Assembly (NCBI RefSeq): GCF_001194135.2
Contig: NC_069005.1
Location: forward strand, 32,891,573-32,955,572
Direction: 5' to 3'
Length of the DNA stretch: 64,000 nt
Source of the DNA: Octopus bimaculoides
Taxonomy: Eukaryota
Part shown: positions 10,601 through 24,600 of the stretch, piece by piece
How the letters are laid out: each line of letters begins with the position of its first letter
Numbering within the stretch: the first letter of the stretch is position 1
Made by a program: the position numbers and the translations under genes
The notes under the pieces: generated by a model
Told to the model about the DNA's origin: nothing
The model's database searches: none
Seen by the model: the letters and a program-made list of their open reading frames with translations, nothing else

Positions 10601-11606
10601 GATCTGAACTCACAACCTATGAACATATAATTGCCTGACTGGCCCCTTGTGCCGGTGGCATGTAAAAGCACCCACTACACTCCCGGAGTGGTTGGCTTTA
10701 GGAAGAGCATCCAGCTGTAGAAACTCTGCCAGATCAGATTGGAGCCTGATGCAGCCATCTGGTTCGCCAGTCTTCAGTCAAATCGTCCAACCTATGCCAG
10801 CATGGAAAGCGAACATTAAACGATGATGTATATATATATAAATAAATGCAGACATGTCAGTAATTTATTTCTTATTTTAAAATATAATAAAATGAATTAT
10901 CTATACATGTTTATTAAGCATCAAAACAATTGCCATTAAATAAAAATTTCCAATGTACTATGATGAATTTTATCGCAGTACATTTCTCGTTATTTATAAT
11001 ATTATACACTCCTCAATGTATTTCTTTTGACTCATACTACACATTCAAGAGCTCTCCTTATGAGTACCACCAGATTAGTCGGATTCATAGAGTGTGACTT
11101 AAATTTATACTAATATATTGCAGATATCACAAATAAGACGTCGTATAGTGGAGCCGCCACCACTATTACCAACACTGTACATACCTTTGTTCATATCATC
11201 AGGATTACTACTTCCAATGTGGCCTGTAACAGTAGTAGTAGTAGTGTTGTTATTACTACTACTACTACTGTTAGTGTTACAACTGTTAGTCGTTGCTGAT
11301 GTTGTTGTTGATTGTTGTTGTTGTTGTTGCTGTTGCTGTTGTTGTTGTTGTTGCTGTTGCTGTTGCTGGGACTGACTGGACAGTGGTTGGTTCGGTGCTG
11401 TAGACGACGTTACGTTGCTCGTCGAACTACCAGACGTTTGATGTTCCGGAGTGGCTGGAGCTTGAGACATGTCGGATGATCGTGGAGTGCTGTGGTTGCT
11501 TTTGCTGCAACTCACCTCAAATAATGACTTGTCTAGCGTTTGTTGGGCAAGATGAGGGCCTGAAAGAGCAGCAGCAGCAGCAATGATAATAACAATAACG
11601 ATAATG

Positions 11607-11644
<38 letters not shown>

Positions 11645-13874
11645 CAGAGTAATAGGAGCAGAAGATTTGATTTAGTTTAGTAGATAAAGAGAATAGAAAG
11701 TGTCAGATAATTGACTTTACAGTCCCAAATGATGAAAAAAATTAATACAAGAGGTATAGAAAAAGTAGCAAAGTACCAAAATGTTGCAGTTTGTGGGGTT
11801 AAATTGAAGCTAATGCTTCCATCACATAAACAATGCTGATGCAAAAGAAAAGAAAGAAAAAAAAAAAGAGAAACAAACTTACCCAACTGGTGTTTACACA
11901 CCCTAGCATACAGTCTTAATTTAGCAGCAACTGGAGATTCACCTGAAACACAATAAAAGGAAAAAAAGATGTTAACGAATGAAAGAGACAAAAAAAAAAG
12001 ACTGTTGTGACAGTCATGGCTTTTCCAGTGATAACATTATATATCTAAAAAGTCATAAGCAATTTATGTATTTAAATCTATATTTCCGATGCACATATAA
12101 CATGACAGCCACTAGAATCGGTAGAGTAGTACATAAAGATGGCGTGTAAGGATAGATACTAGAATTGGTGGAATTGGGAGGTGAGAGATAAGGCTTGTCA
12201 CATGGATGTGTAAATTCAAGTCTGTTGAAAATGAATGAGATTTGGAATGGTTTTGCAAAGAACTGAAACCACTTACCAATATAATTAAACCAGTCTTCTA
12301 TAGGTTCATCAGCATATTTTTGGGCAGCAGAATGGCCTACCTTCAGAATGCCATCCCGAAGTACTTTGGTTATAGGACTATGTCGGCCCAGCCGACACAG
12401 CTCGTATATTGTACTTAATTCTTTGAAAAAAAACCTTGCATTCTTCACAATGTATTCATTATCTGGACAAACCACTACATAAGCGATATCACGAGGCTTC
12501 CCATATGGTTCAAGAAGAAGCTTGTCCTGAAATAAAGAAGGAATTGCATTTAGGTGTGTAACAAAAAAACAAAAAACAAAGAGAATGACATGAAAATGAT
12601 CCAATAAGTTAATATGCCTGTATGTTAGTTAATACACCCACCACAGCCTGGACATGCTAATTGTTTTACTTACCCAATAAGGGAGAGCATATGGTGATAC
12701 AGACAACCAGTCTTTATCATAGCCAACAAGAAATGAAGGAATTGGTTGGGGCTCAGAATTCTCTTCTGTTCCTGAAATAAGATGACAATCAAAGTGTTAA
12801 ATCAATATCTGCAGACATACCTCAGTTCGAATAACAATATAAATATATATAATCAATATTTGTAATCAATAAAGAATGCTAGCATGCAGGAATAGAACTG
12901 TTTACAGCTCTCGCTCTCTGGTGGGAACGGGGGGACAGTGAATTGGCAGAATCATCAGAGCACTGAACAAAATACCTTACAGTATTTGTTCTGGCTCCTC
13001 CCTTTCTGAGAGTGAAACCTCTGCATGTGATAATGCAAACAATATCAATCTGTTGGTCACCCTACTTTGTAAAGGTTTTGTCATCAATATTAGGGGCACT
13101 GTCAAGGGCTTTTCTTTTTCTTTTTTTTCTTTTTTGCCTTCCCCCCTACACTCCTATATCAATTATTCTTGGGATTATAATGAGGAGTTAGTTTTAGTAG
13201 AATCAATTGATTTAACAGCTGGATGGATGACCTCTCTTCAATTAACCATTCAAGTATGAGAAAGCAATGGAATGTAGTTTTTGTCAACAAAGACAATCTG
13301 GAGCATACAGAGTTATATACCTTTGTTGCTCACCATTCCATAACACAACTTAAGCCCTATTAAGGTTTATATTACACTAACTCTTCCTGTTATTACTGTA
13401 ACACTTTTAGCCCTGCAGTCATTAATCTTCGTATTCCTTGATAATAATTACAATAATCAAAACAATGAGAATAATTTTAATGATATAAAACATAAATACA
13501 GTTGTGTCTTTGCGTCTTATTATTTAATCAGATGAATGCAGCAAGCTCTGAAGAAGTTATTGTATGCTGTGCAAAATGCTTAAGCGGCATTTTGTCTGTC
13601 TTTACATCCAGAGTTCAAATTCTGCTATGGTCAACTTTACCTTTCGTACTTTCGGGATCAGTTAAATTAATTACCAGTCAAGTATTGGGGAGTTTAATGG
13701 GATTGATGTCAGCAGCTATAGAAGGTAAACAATAAGTAAGAAAAGAATTCCAGGGATGTACAATTTAGGGATGCATTAGAGATGACGAGAAAGAAAGACA
13801 GGTAGATAAATGAACCTGTGGGAAGAAATGGTACTTAGCTTGATAGTTCTGAAGAGCAGAAGTTGTAGTAGCAG

Positions 13875-13908
<34 letters not shown>

Positions 13909-16900
13909 GAGTGTGTGTGTGTGTGTGTGTGTGTGAACCAGTGGTTGAAGAAATAAGAGAATAAAAGTATTGTTATGGAAAACAAGTGTGAAGGCGAGAT
14001 GTGTTGGGCTTACCTCTGCCTGCCAGCTGATGGAAATCTTTCCAACTAAGAGGACCAGACAACTTATAAGTGTGCTCCCATAACCGCATGGTGCGTTTCT
14101 TCTGTATGGCATCTGACAATAAAGGCTGTAAGGATTTCAGCAGGCGTAGGACATCCTGCGAGTTCAGAGGTATTCTGTTGGCACCTATTAAAACCAAACA
14201 ATTGGAGAATTGAGAATTTGTTGAAACTGACTGTAATTTTCAGATACAAGCAGTAAAATAAAGTAGCAAACTAACTGTGCTTTGATGATAGTCATTTTAG
14301 TACAAAAGATCTCTCTCTTACACACACACACACACAATAATGTGGATTATTGGAAATAGTTCACCTGACTTCATTAGTGACATAATTAAAGTGAAACTAT
14401 CACAAGGAGTCAAAACCAAGTTGCAGGAACAATTTGGCAGGAATTTATCTTCTACTTCACAGCAATAGTCACTTTAACAAAACATGATGACTAGAAATTC
14501 TGAAGCTATCTCACAATGTTTCATGATATAAACCTCATATGAAGATATGCTGCAGGAGACTATGGCAATTATACAAAGTAACACAAAGATTGTATGTGAG
14601 CAGTGTTCATACAATAGATACTATCTTATACCAAACTGTTATGTAATCTGGAAAAGATAAATCTTCTTGGAGCAGGCTGAACAGTGCTGAAATGAAAAAT
14701 GGGTTTGTTTTTTTTAATTTATAAGAAGTGGCAAACCTACCTTGCAAGTAAGGCCATCTATGTAAACAGGAGGATTTTATCTGTGGATCGTCTAGTTTTG
14801 AAGGTGAACAATTATCAGCAGCTAGACAGCCCTGCTGGAGAGCTGTGAAAGCAGCTTCATTGCTATCTGCAAGAGAAATAAAAAGTGAAAGTCTTAATGT
14901 GGGAATTTGCTGTTTTGTGTACACAAAGTTTATGAAAAAATATCATAGAACTATATTACTAGAAGTAAACAATATTATTGACAGACACCTAAACAGCACA
15001 ACAAAACAATTATTTCCTGGTGAGAACAGTTGATATGAATAAACTCAACCAGCATTTGTAGCCACTGAGAAAAGATGGCCATTGGTACAGTGTATCATGC
15101 ATACAAGTGTGGTGCTTATAGATGCGTGTTCAGTAGACTATATGGTCATGTTTGGCACTGGCTTCACACACACACACACACACACACACAGACAAGATGG
15201 TGGAGGGGAAACGGGGATATTTCTCTCTTTTAAATTGGAAAAGATAATCTGAACTGTGCAATGATTGTGAATCCTCTGTAGCTAAAGGAGAGAGTGACAC
15301 AATGATAGACTACTTAAGCTACAAAACTGCGTTGATGATGATGATAATGTGCTTAATTTATTTTATAGTAACTACTGGAAATGGTTGGGAATGAAACTTC
15401 TCCCAATAGACTGGGCCAAAATTACTGGGGCTTCAAGTTACGCTTGTTGACATCTTGATGTAGATAAACAAGTGTAGAGTAACTGGACCAGAAAATGTGG
15501 GATCTTTCACATTAAGGACAAAGCCTGATTTGATTTCATTTGTGTTTATGTAAGATGCAAAGACAACTGAATCTCCCGGTCAATGGTGCTTGTGTTCATT
15601 ATCCCATTAGCATTCAGATTGCTCTGTCAAATGTAATACTTACTTATTCAAATTGTTTTGAATTAATCATGCTTTAAGATTTCAAGGATGTGACTGTTTA
15701 TTTTCACAATGACATTGTAAGATAGGCGTGGTCCAGTTTTAACATAAAACAGGTAAAATATTTAGGCCAGTTTAAAATTAAAGGGTCAAGGAAGCTAGCA
15801 AGTGGTAAGGTAACCTTGGCACAAAGAGGTTAGGTACTACTGAGAAAACAGTCCCCCAGCTTCAGAGAATGAATTGTTGATGTCAGTGTAAAAGAGAACC
15901 AGAGATCGCTGACTGTTGAGTTAATTCTTACTTGACAGGATTAATTAGGATGAAGAGAAAGAGTAATTATGTCAATATTAGCAGCTACAACTGACAGAAA
16001 ACTTTCTAATCCAGGTTGCTCTTACTGGGCAGAGACAGAAGGTATTCAGACTGCCATACCAGTCTTTTTTTGACATCAGGAGATTTTGGCATCAGGAGTA
16101 ATAAATGTTTCACTAGTGTGAAAATGTTCAAGGATGAAAAGATCACTGCTGGGCGATACAGGGAAAATGGGACTGGTTCAATTGGAGGGTCAGCAATGAA
16201 AGAAAGGTATTCAAAGTGGTCATTTATAGTGGTCAATTATCTACATTAACAAAGGAATGTTTACTGAATGCAGCAATGAGCATCTAATTTTAGTGAAGCT
16301 GTAGAATCAGAACGAGGGATGGACTGTGTCAACAAATACTAAGTATGAAAAGGTCACAAAACATGGATAAATTTTGGGGCTACAAGAAGGGAAGACTAAC
16401 ATCCTCTTTCTGCCTCTCTCTCTCTCTCTCTCAAGTAAAGGGTACTGTTCAAAATGGTGGAGTAAATATTCATATTTAATCCCAGACATTTTTTTTATTA
16501 TAAAGGCAAGGGGGGATCACAATTCTATCATTAACATGGATAAGAATTCTATTAAAGCCTTCCAATCTGTCAATTTCAGGCCATTATAATAAACCACCAA
16601 CTTAACAAGTTCCAGTAATACAATTGATATTAATGTTTAAGACTAAAAAAACTTCCCAGAAGATAGGGTATCAGTGTTTTGCTGGTGAACATATCCCCTT
16701 TATGATCTGTTCCATATTCCCAACAGCAAGGGCGGCGTTATTTATCCCAAATACATTAAAATACCAGCAATAGATGTAGACAAGACTGGATTGTCCAAGA
16801 GACTTCATTATCAACACTACCGGCTCACTTCATTGTTTTGGAAGCTATCACTCTCATAAGCTCAATTTGGTGATGACCAAGTCGATTATTGAAGTTACTT

Positions 16901-18015
16901 GCCTACCAATCAACAATTAAACATTATTTGTGTGTGATGATGGAATGTGGCCTAGTGGTGAGACTGTTGCACTCACAGCCACAAGATCATGGTTTCGATT
17001 CTCGGTTCAGGTGGTGCATTGTGTTCTTGAGCATGACACTGCATTTCACAATGCTCTGGGGTTCACTCAGCTGTAAATGGGTGGACCCCATGATAGACTG
17101 GTGTCACATTCAGTGGGGAATGTTTTGCACTTGGTCCCCTCTGAGCTCTAGGGCTAAAAGCTGTACTTTTACTTTGCATAGTAAATCTGTGTGTGAAAGG
17201 AAACATTGTACCACAACCTGTGACTGGTTGCAAATATTTCACTTGAAAAAAAACACTGCTTGGAATAATGGGTCTGAGAAAGTAACAATGCAGAAGAGTA
17301 AGAGGAGGAGGAGGAGGAGGAGGAGGAGGAAGAAGAAGACTGAGAAAACCAAGAACAAACATGCAACAAAATAAAATAGAAAGGTTGTAGAAAGAAGTAC
17401 ATGAGGAGGAGAAGTAGAAAGAATAATGAAGTAGAGAGGGGGAGAGCAAGTAGTGGTGGGGACAAAAGAGAGTAAGGCAGAGCTGACAATATAATATAGC
17501 GAGTTATTCAGTACAACAGATTAAAGTCAATCTTAGAAGAGAGAAACCAATAGCACCCATTACAGCTCTAGGATGTTATAGAAATAAATATTTAAAAATC
17601 AATCTGATTGCTAACAAAGAAACTTGATAAGGAGATCAAAATGCTAGCAAGATATCTAATATGCAAACATACATACACACACACAATACATTCTTGTTTA
17701 ATGAACAATAAAATATTTGTTAGCACTGTGTGCCTATTTAGAGTAATGTTAAAGGAAGCAGTTAGCGAGGGTGACATTTTGTACCGGTTTAACCAGAATG
17801 ATAACTAAGACAGCCAGCCTAAGATATTTATTCAGCTGTGAGATGGCCAACTTAAGCATTTTTTTTTCTCCCCCACTTTTTAATTTTGTCTGTCATTCTT
17901 TTGAACACTCACATGAAAGTATTTCTCTAAAGAAGGATCAGCAATATGCAAATTAGTTACCAATGTTTGACTAAACTTGGATACAGAAATAAATAACAGA
18001 GTAACAATATAATAC

Positions 18016-18071
<56 letters not shown>

Positions 18072-19563
18072 GTATATACTGTGCCACCTGTGAAAGAGGT
18101 TGCTTGAAATATCATCTCAACTGATTCATCACAAAACAATGCGTGAATCAAACACTTCGAATTAATGGTAGTTTCTTCGTTCTGCAAATTCTTGCTCAAC
18201 AACCAGCACCAATGGTTTGTTTATAGTGATCAAACATTTGTGCTGCACATAAGCTCACCCGTCCCTCCATCACATCAACATCCCCTATACATGTGCACGG
18301 TGTGCTTATACATCACATGCCAAACCAATTGCAGAGCAACACATGATGAAGCTTTTTGCTCAAGAACACAACACACCTCCTATGATCTTGCAATTGTGGG
18401 TGTAACACCCTAACTACTAGGCCTTATGCCCTCATAAACAACACTTCAATACACCCATTCCTTTTCCAGCAGTTTACGTACCCCACAACACACACAACTT
18501 TGAGAAATAAATTCTATAAATTATCTCCCCTTTTCTGTGGAAGTATCTAACTGCTTCTAGGTTTATGTTTTAATTCAGCTGGGAGGCTTATTTCAATTAA
18601 ATCCATGCCTTTAGCCTATTTGAGTACTTCCCTTATCTCATATTTTTAATTATGCAAAATATAGAGCAATAGTTCTCAACATTTTTGCACTAGCGACCCC
18701 TTACCCAAAAACTTGAAACCCACGCAACCCCCTACTATCAGCAGATTGATTTACATTTTAATTAATTATTATTATCCCAAGTCGCTTCTAGCAAGGCTAC
18801 ACGCCCCCCACCCCTGCCACACAGCTTCATGACATCACCACCCTCAGGGGGTCGGGAACCACCAGTTGGGAACCCCTGACATAGCAGCTTAAAATTATTC
18901 CTCCATCTTTCTATAAATGTAAAAAAAATTATGTCAACAAATCAACAGACTTAGGCTTGCTTGTTTCCAGCCTCCCCTGCAAAATAGACACAGACACAAG
19001 GTGCCATGCAGTGGGACTGAACCCGGAACCAAGTGGTTGGGAAGCAAGCTTAAGAGAAACATAAATAGTTTTTAAATAACTTTAAAACAAAACAAAAAAA
19101 GAATAAAACAATTATAATGAATAAATGAGATCTACCAATAACAAAACCTACAATAATCACAGATATAGGTAAGACACACTTAGTAACCAGCTTTTCCAAA
19201 TAGTAAGAAATATCTAAATATATGAGGAATACCACAAGAGTACTACTACAACAGCTACAATAAACTCTCTGCCTCTCGGCTAAATCAAAACAGATTCACA
19301 CATAAAAATAGCTCAACGAATTGTATTCTTTGTACAACTAATTTTCACCAAACCCTGAGAATAAATAAAAGCAGTTTGATTGCAAAATGTTGTACAAGTC
19401 TAATTTTTATAAACAATTAGTGCTGTTTGCCACCACACTAGTATAGAGTAGGGTGGGGGATGTGACACATTTACAAAAACTTTCTATGTGAATAAATGCA
19501 GAAATACAAAAGCTGACAAGACGGTTGGAGCAACAATCTCTAGGTCAGTCACACAAGTACTTT

Positions 19564-19600
<37 letters not shown>

Positions 19601-21653
19601 ACTCTAGAAACACTGAAGAGGAACTATGAATCAGTAAAGTTCAACCCACAAAATCACCATTTATTTTAACAACCACTTTTCTATGCTTGCATGGGTCAGA
19701 CAGAGTTTATAGAGGCAGATTTTCTAAGGTTGGATACCCTTCCTGTCACCAACCCTCACCCATTTCCAAGCAAGGATATGTTAACCTATGGCCAGATACG
19801 TTTTCACAGAATATCAGAAATGAATGACACTGCTTGTATGACAGTGACACTCATTTACAACCATCACATAATGTCAAGGCAGAGAGACTTAAGCACACAC
19901 ACGTGGCAGTTTTCTTAGTTCCCCTCCACCAAAATCCACCTACAGGGCTTTGGTTGACCTTGTTTAGTAAAATCTAAATTCTAAAGCAGTCCCCTACAGC
20001 TAGGTTCCTCACATCAAGAACAAACAAATGGTTATTCCATAAGATGACAGTTAAAAAGACTAAAACAATAAACAACAAATGCTGTGATATTCCTTTCCTG
20101 TCCATGCTTTCTCTCCAGAACTTCAATCTCAGCTTCAACCAAACTGACCTCAGCAGTCTGGGAGCTCTTTTGAACAGTGACAGGTCAAGTCTCTCCTCCT
20201 TCAGCTACACTTAAAACCAAAACACACCAATAACTATATTTTTCTTTGTTATCATTTTCCATTTCTTTTCCCTGTTTTTCTCTCCTGGGGTATCAGTTCA
20301 AACTCCAAGTACCTTAGCTGTAAAGCCTGCAGCTGCTCTTGCTATAGGTGTTGTTTAACCCTTGACCAATGCTAATCCAGCAGCCCCGTGACCAAAAGAT
20401 TATCCCAAATTTCATTTAAACGTATTACATCTGAGATTGCATTATCTAATGTGCACTTCTGCTTTTAAATTCAATGAGTCATGATTCAAAGGATATTTGA
20501 CTGCCATTTCTAGCAAACCAAGCAACACTATAGTACCTCTTTTGCTGTCTCAGAGTCATGGCTGTGTGTACAGGTTATGTTTATACGTATACACAGTATG
20601 ATCACTACTCAGTAGACACAGAACTAATATAGCAATCGAGATTGCACCCAAATATATTCTCATTCCATCAAAGACAAATTGAAAAAAAAACAAAAAAAAA
20701 CGAGCTAATGATTAGCTAACAGTAATTAAATAGTAATTATAACTCACAGTGGTTATAATAAAAACACCAGGCTATTTAGTCTTGTTAATCTATATATTAG
20801 AGTAATGAACTTTGAAGCACTTATGACCCCTAATTCATTTGTATCAGTAATATTTTGCTCATGAAAATATTCAGCTCATATTCAAGACAGGTTAGTCTTG
20901 CAAATGAATGTATTTGAAGTCCATCAGTTGTGTGTGCTCTCACAAGTGCATGCATGCAAATGTACACATGCACATCTGTGTCTATTTGCTCTCTACAAAA
21001 GTCAGTCTCTTTGCATCAATAAGAGATCACCAATTTGCAAAATAGATAAAGCTTAGTGACATGAGGACTAACTGGTCGTAAAACTCTGCTTCTATAATAT
21101 ATATGCGTAACGCAAACTGGCATGGAAAAACGGGCATAAACCAATGATTAATAAAAAAAAAAAAAAACATAGGCAATAATAAAAACTGGTGAATTAAAAG
21201 TGATCTAACAGCCATTACAGTGAAGGATCTTTAACAACACATTTTCTTAAGGAATATTTTCAGTTGTGAAGAGGCCAACACCCACCAACAACATCACTCC
21301 ACACATAGAAGGAACACCACAATAAAAAGGTCCCAAATGAAGAGTGGGGCAACTACCAACATTATTGCTGCATAGAAGAAAGGAGCCCATCGCCACCACC
21401 AACAAATCCCTTCCTGGTGTCCCTCAAACATTGTGATGTGCTTGAATTAAAAGTATAACTACTAATAAATAGCAAAGAAAGGTTAAAAAGAGAGAGGAAG
21501 TTCAATCAGAGTCATGCTGTTAAGAGGTCCTTTTTGCAACGCATATGGTTTCAGGTTCAACCCCACAGGCAAGAGCCTTCTACTATAGCTTCATGGAAAC
21601 CAATAACATTTTGCAAGTGATTTTGTTTAGACAGAAACTGTGTGGAAGCCCAT

Positions 21654-21693
<40 letters not shown>

Positions 21694-24600
21694 CAGGTGC
21701 GTCTCTACATTTGTCCCCACCACTACCACCACCACTTGACATCAGCTTACACCAAAAAGAGACTGGCAGATTAAGCACCAGACTGATGCATTCGAATCAA
21801 TGTATTTGACAAAACCTTCCTAGGCAGTACCTAAGCATGGTCGCAATCCAATGCTTAAAACAAGGTTAAGCTGACAAAAATGCAAACCCTGAAGTACAGT
21901 GTAAACTGGGTACATGGCTACATGCACAAGCAGGTTATAGCAATCTACAATCGCAGGTTTATCTTCACTGTTGACAAATGTTGACAATGTAATACGTTGT
22001 CCTATAATTCAAGATAAACTGATAATACTAATGGGAACAGGTGATTTATTGATAATAAATAGATTCATTTAAGCATTATTCCTGGAATGTGTGAATATAA
22101 GAATAGTTTCTGAAGTGATCAATAAGTTTTTTTTTTTTAAATAAAACACCCACACCCAGGTGTATTTCAGCTGTTGATTTATTAAGTTTACTGGTTCGGG
22201 CCCTATGAGCCCTAAACTTAAATATGGGTTCCTTATATAGCCACAAGGATACAGTATTGTTTAGCCCTAGCTCTAATCAAACAGACACAATCAAAGACAA
22301 CGAAACCATGACCACCCTGACTTTTATTCAAAAGCCATCAGCCAGAGATGAGCTTTCTACTTATAGCCCTTTGCCTGAGCAAAGCATTTTCATAAGTTTG
22401 TCCTAAACATCCATATTTGCTTTCAGACTTCTAGTTAGCTCTTCTTTCATGTGTTCTGAGTAATATAAAGCTTTCCTAAGTCTAAAGTTACACTGGTGGT
22501 TGAAAAAATTAGGAATGTCTATCATATATGGATATCAGGGGGAAATATGATACAAAGGATAGACAAAGGGAATAATGAGAGTGTGTGAGTTGAGAGAGAT
22601 GTAGTTGCTATTTCTAACAATTTGAACAACCACAGAAGTTCCCTCATTGGTTTGAGGTCACAATAGGACTGGCCTAAGACTGCTAGCCACAGTTGGCTTC
22701 AACTGTAAAACAGGTGCCACAGGTGTCACACCCAACTCCACAACAAAAATGGGTGTAACGAAATTCACTGCTACAATTCATAAGCAAAGATATAATTTCT
22801 CCCCGACTCATCCAAGCTAACAAAGATAACTGAATTGAAACCAGTTTGATGTTTATTTGGAATAAAGGCTTTTGTCTACAGAAATTCATTTATTTTGGAG
22901 CAATATTAATTTTAAAACTGACTACCAACCATCAGTGTTATTCCAGGTGGAATAACTTCAAAAGAAATGATAAATACAAGGAAATATATGGATTAACCTG
23001 CTATAATGCATTTAGCAAACACATTCTGTCATGCATTTTAATTTTCAAAATTTTTAGTAATCACAAAAAAGATTTAGTGAAATAGCTAACTTATAGAAGA
23101 TTATGTTTTTATACACCGAAATAATAATATTCTGTTTTTGTATTTGGTTTGAAATATTCTTGAGGTGAACTTGTTGAAACAGATTATGCTGTATCTCCGG
23201 AGAGTCATTAAGCCAATAATAAACATATGCACGCATCCAACCCATGCCAGCATGGAGAACAGATGTTAAATTATGATGAGGACAGTGTGTGTTTATTATT
23301 GTCATGACTCTTCCAAGATACAACAAAATACCTTCATCCATCGTGTACCAATAATATTCCAGCCATAGCGATGAAGAGAAATTCCAACATTCTAACATGT
23401 GAACAGAGATGGTTTCAGGTGGGTTGGTGTTGAATGAAACTATTTTAAATTTTCAAGACGAGAGAGAAGAAGAGCATTTAGCATGTGGAATAATACCATT
23501 TAATTCCAAATTGATTAAGATAATAAAAAGAAGAAAAAAAACCATAATATTGTATTAATAACAATCCACAGTAGCTATGAGAAAGGTATCTATCTACCAG
23601 CCCTGGTCAAACCAACCAACCCATGCCAGCATGGACAACGGACGTTAAACAATGATGATGATTCTGTATATATGAGGTTCCTTCTCCCAAATGAATATTT
23701 GAGGCTGACTCAGTGAGTTATGCTGGCTTTTGGTTTTACAAGAAAAAAAACAAACGAAAGGAACTTACCTTGCATTGATATGACATTGACAACATTGTCG
23801 ACCAGCGACGTAGCAGCATTCATGATTAACTTATTAAACATTCTCTGTGCTATAGACGAAGGAAATGGAGCACAGAACTGTGTCAGCAACCACTCCAATA
23901 TAACTTGTGGTACATCCTCAGGAGCTGTCACTGTTGCTGTTGAAGTACTGTCCTTGTTAAGTCCAGCCTTTTGATAATCAATCACTGCTAGGCGCTTATT
24001 AGTATTTTGGTCATAGCGGTCATCTCTGATACCGGTAATATCAACTTCATCTTCATAGAAGAGTCCTGAGTTATGGCCATACATGCGGTTCATAATTGCA
24101 CTAAAGCCGCAAGTGCAACGGTTCATGTCTAAATTATCTTCATCGTCTTTTACACGCATTGTACAAACACAAATATTGCAGCTATCAAAATTGTGGTCCT
24201 TGAAAATGTTAAGAGAGCTGTCGGCAAGGATGACGTTCACCAGCAAGCTGTGAACTTCAGTGAACTGGTGGTTTGTAACTTGATTGTCAACTGAACTCAA
24301 AGTCTTGTTCACATATGAAGAGGATGCATTAGACATGGGAGACTGTTCATAACTCATGGGTGTCCGCTGAGATACACTGCCGACTGTAAATGTAGCTGGC
24401 GAAGACTCAACGCCTGCATGCATTTTTGATAAGCTGGGAAGGTTTTCAATGGACGGGAGGTTGAGGTAATGACTGTGGAAAGACAAACGGAAAACAGAAA
24501 ATCAATATCAAGAAGAAAATTTATATTAACACGAACAATAAAAAAACAATTTGTCATGTTTGGGAACAAGAAAGAAAGTATCTGAAATAGGTTAATAATT

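Noticed and set aside
16939-17030. tRNA-like A/B boxes (also the family D and E heads)
   Set aside because: No cloverleaf or acceptor stem; these are SINE heads, not tRNA genes.
20085-20210. Exon-like segment on both strands (plus [21 protein letters not shown]; minus 56-nt pseudo-exon)
   Set aside because: Weak donor on the plus strand, immediate stop in the MED13 frame and no partner exons; treated as a chance pseudo-exon.
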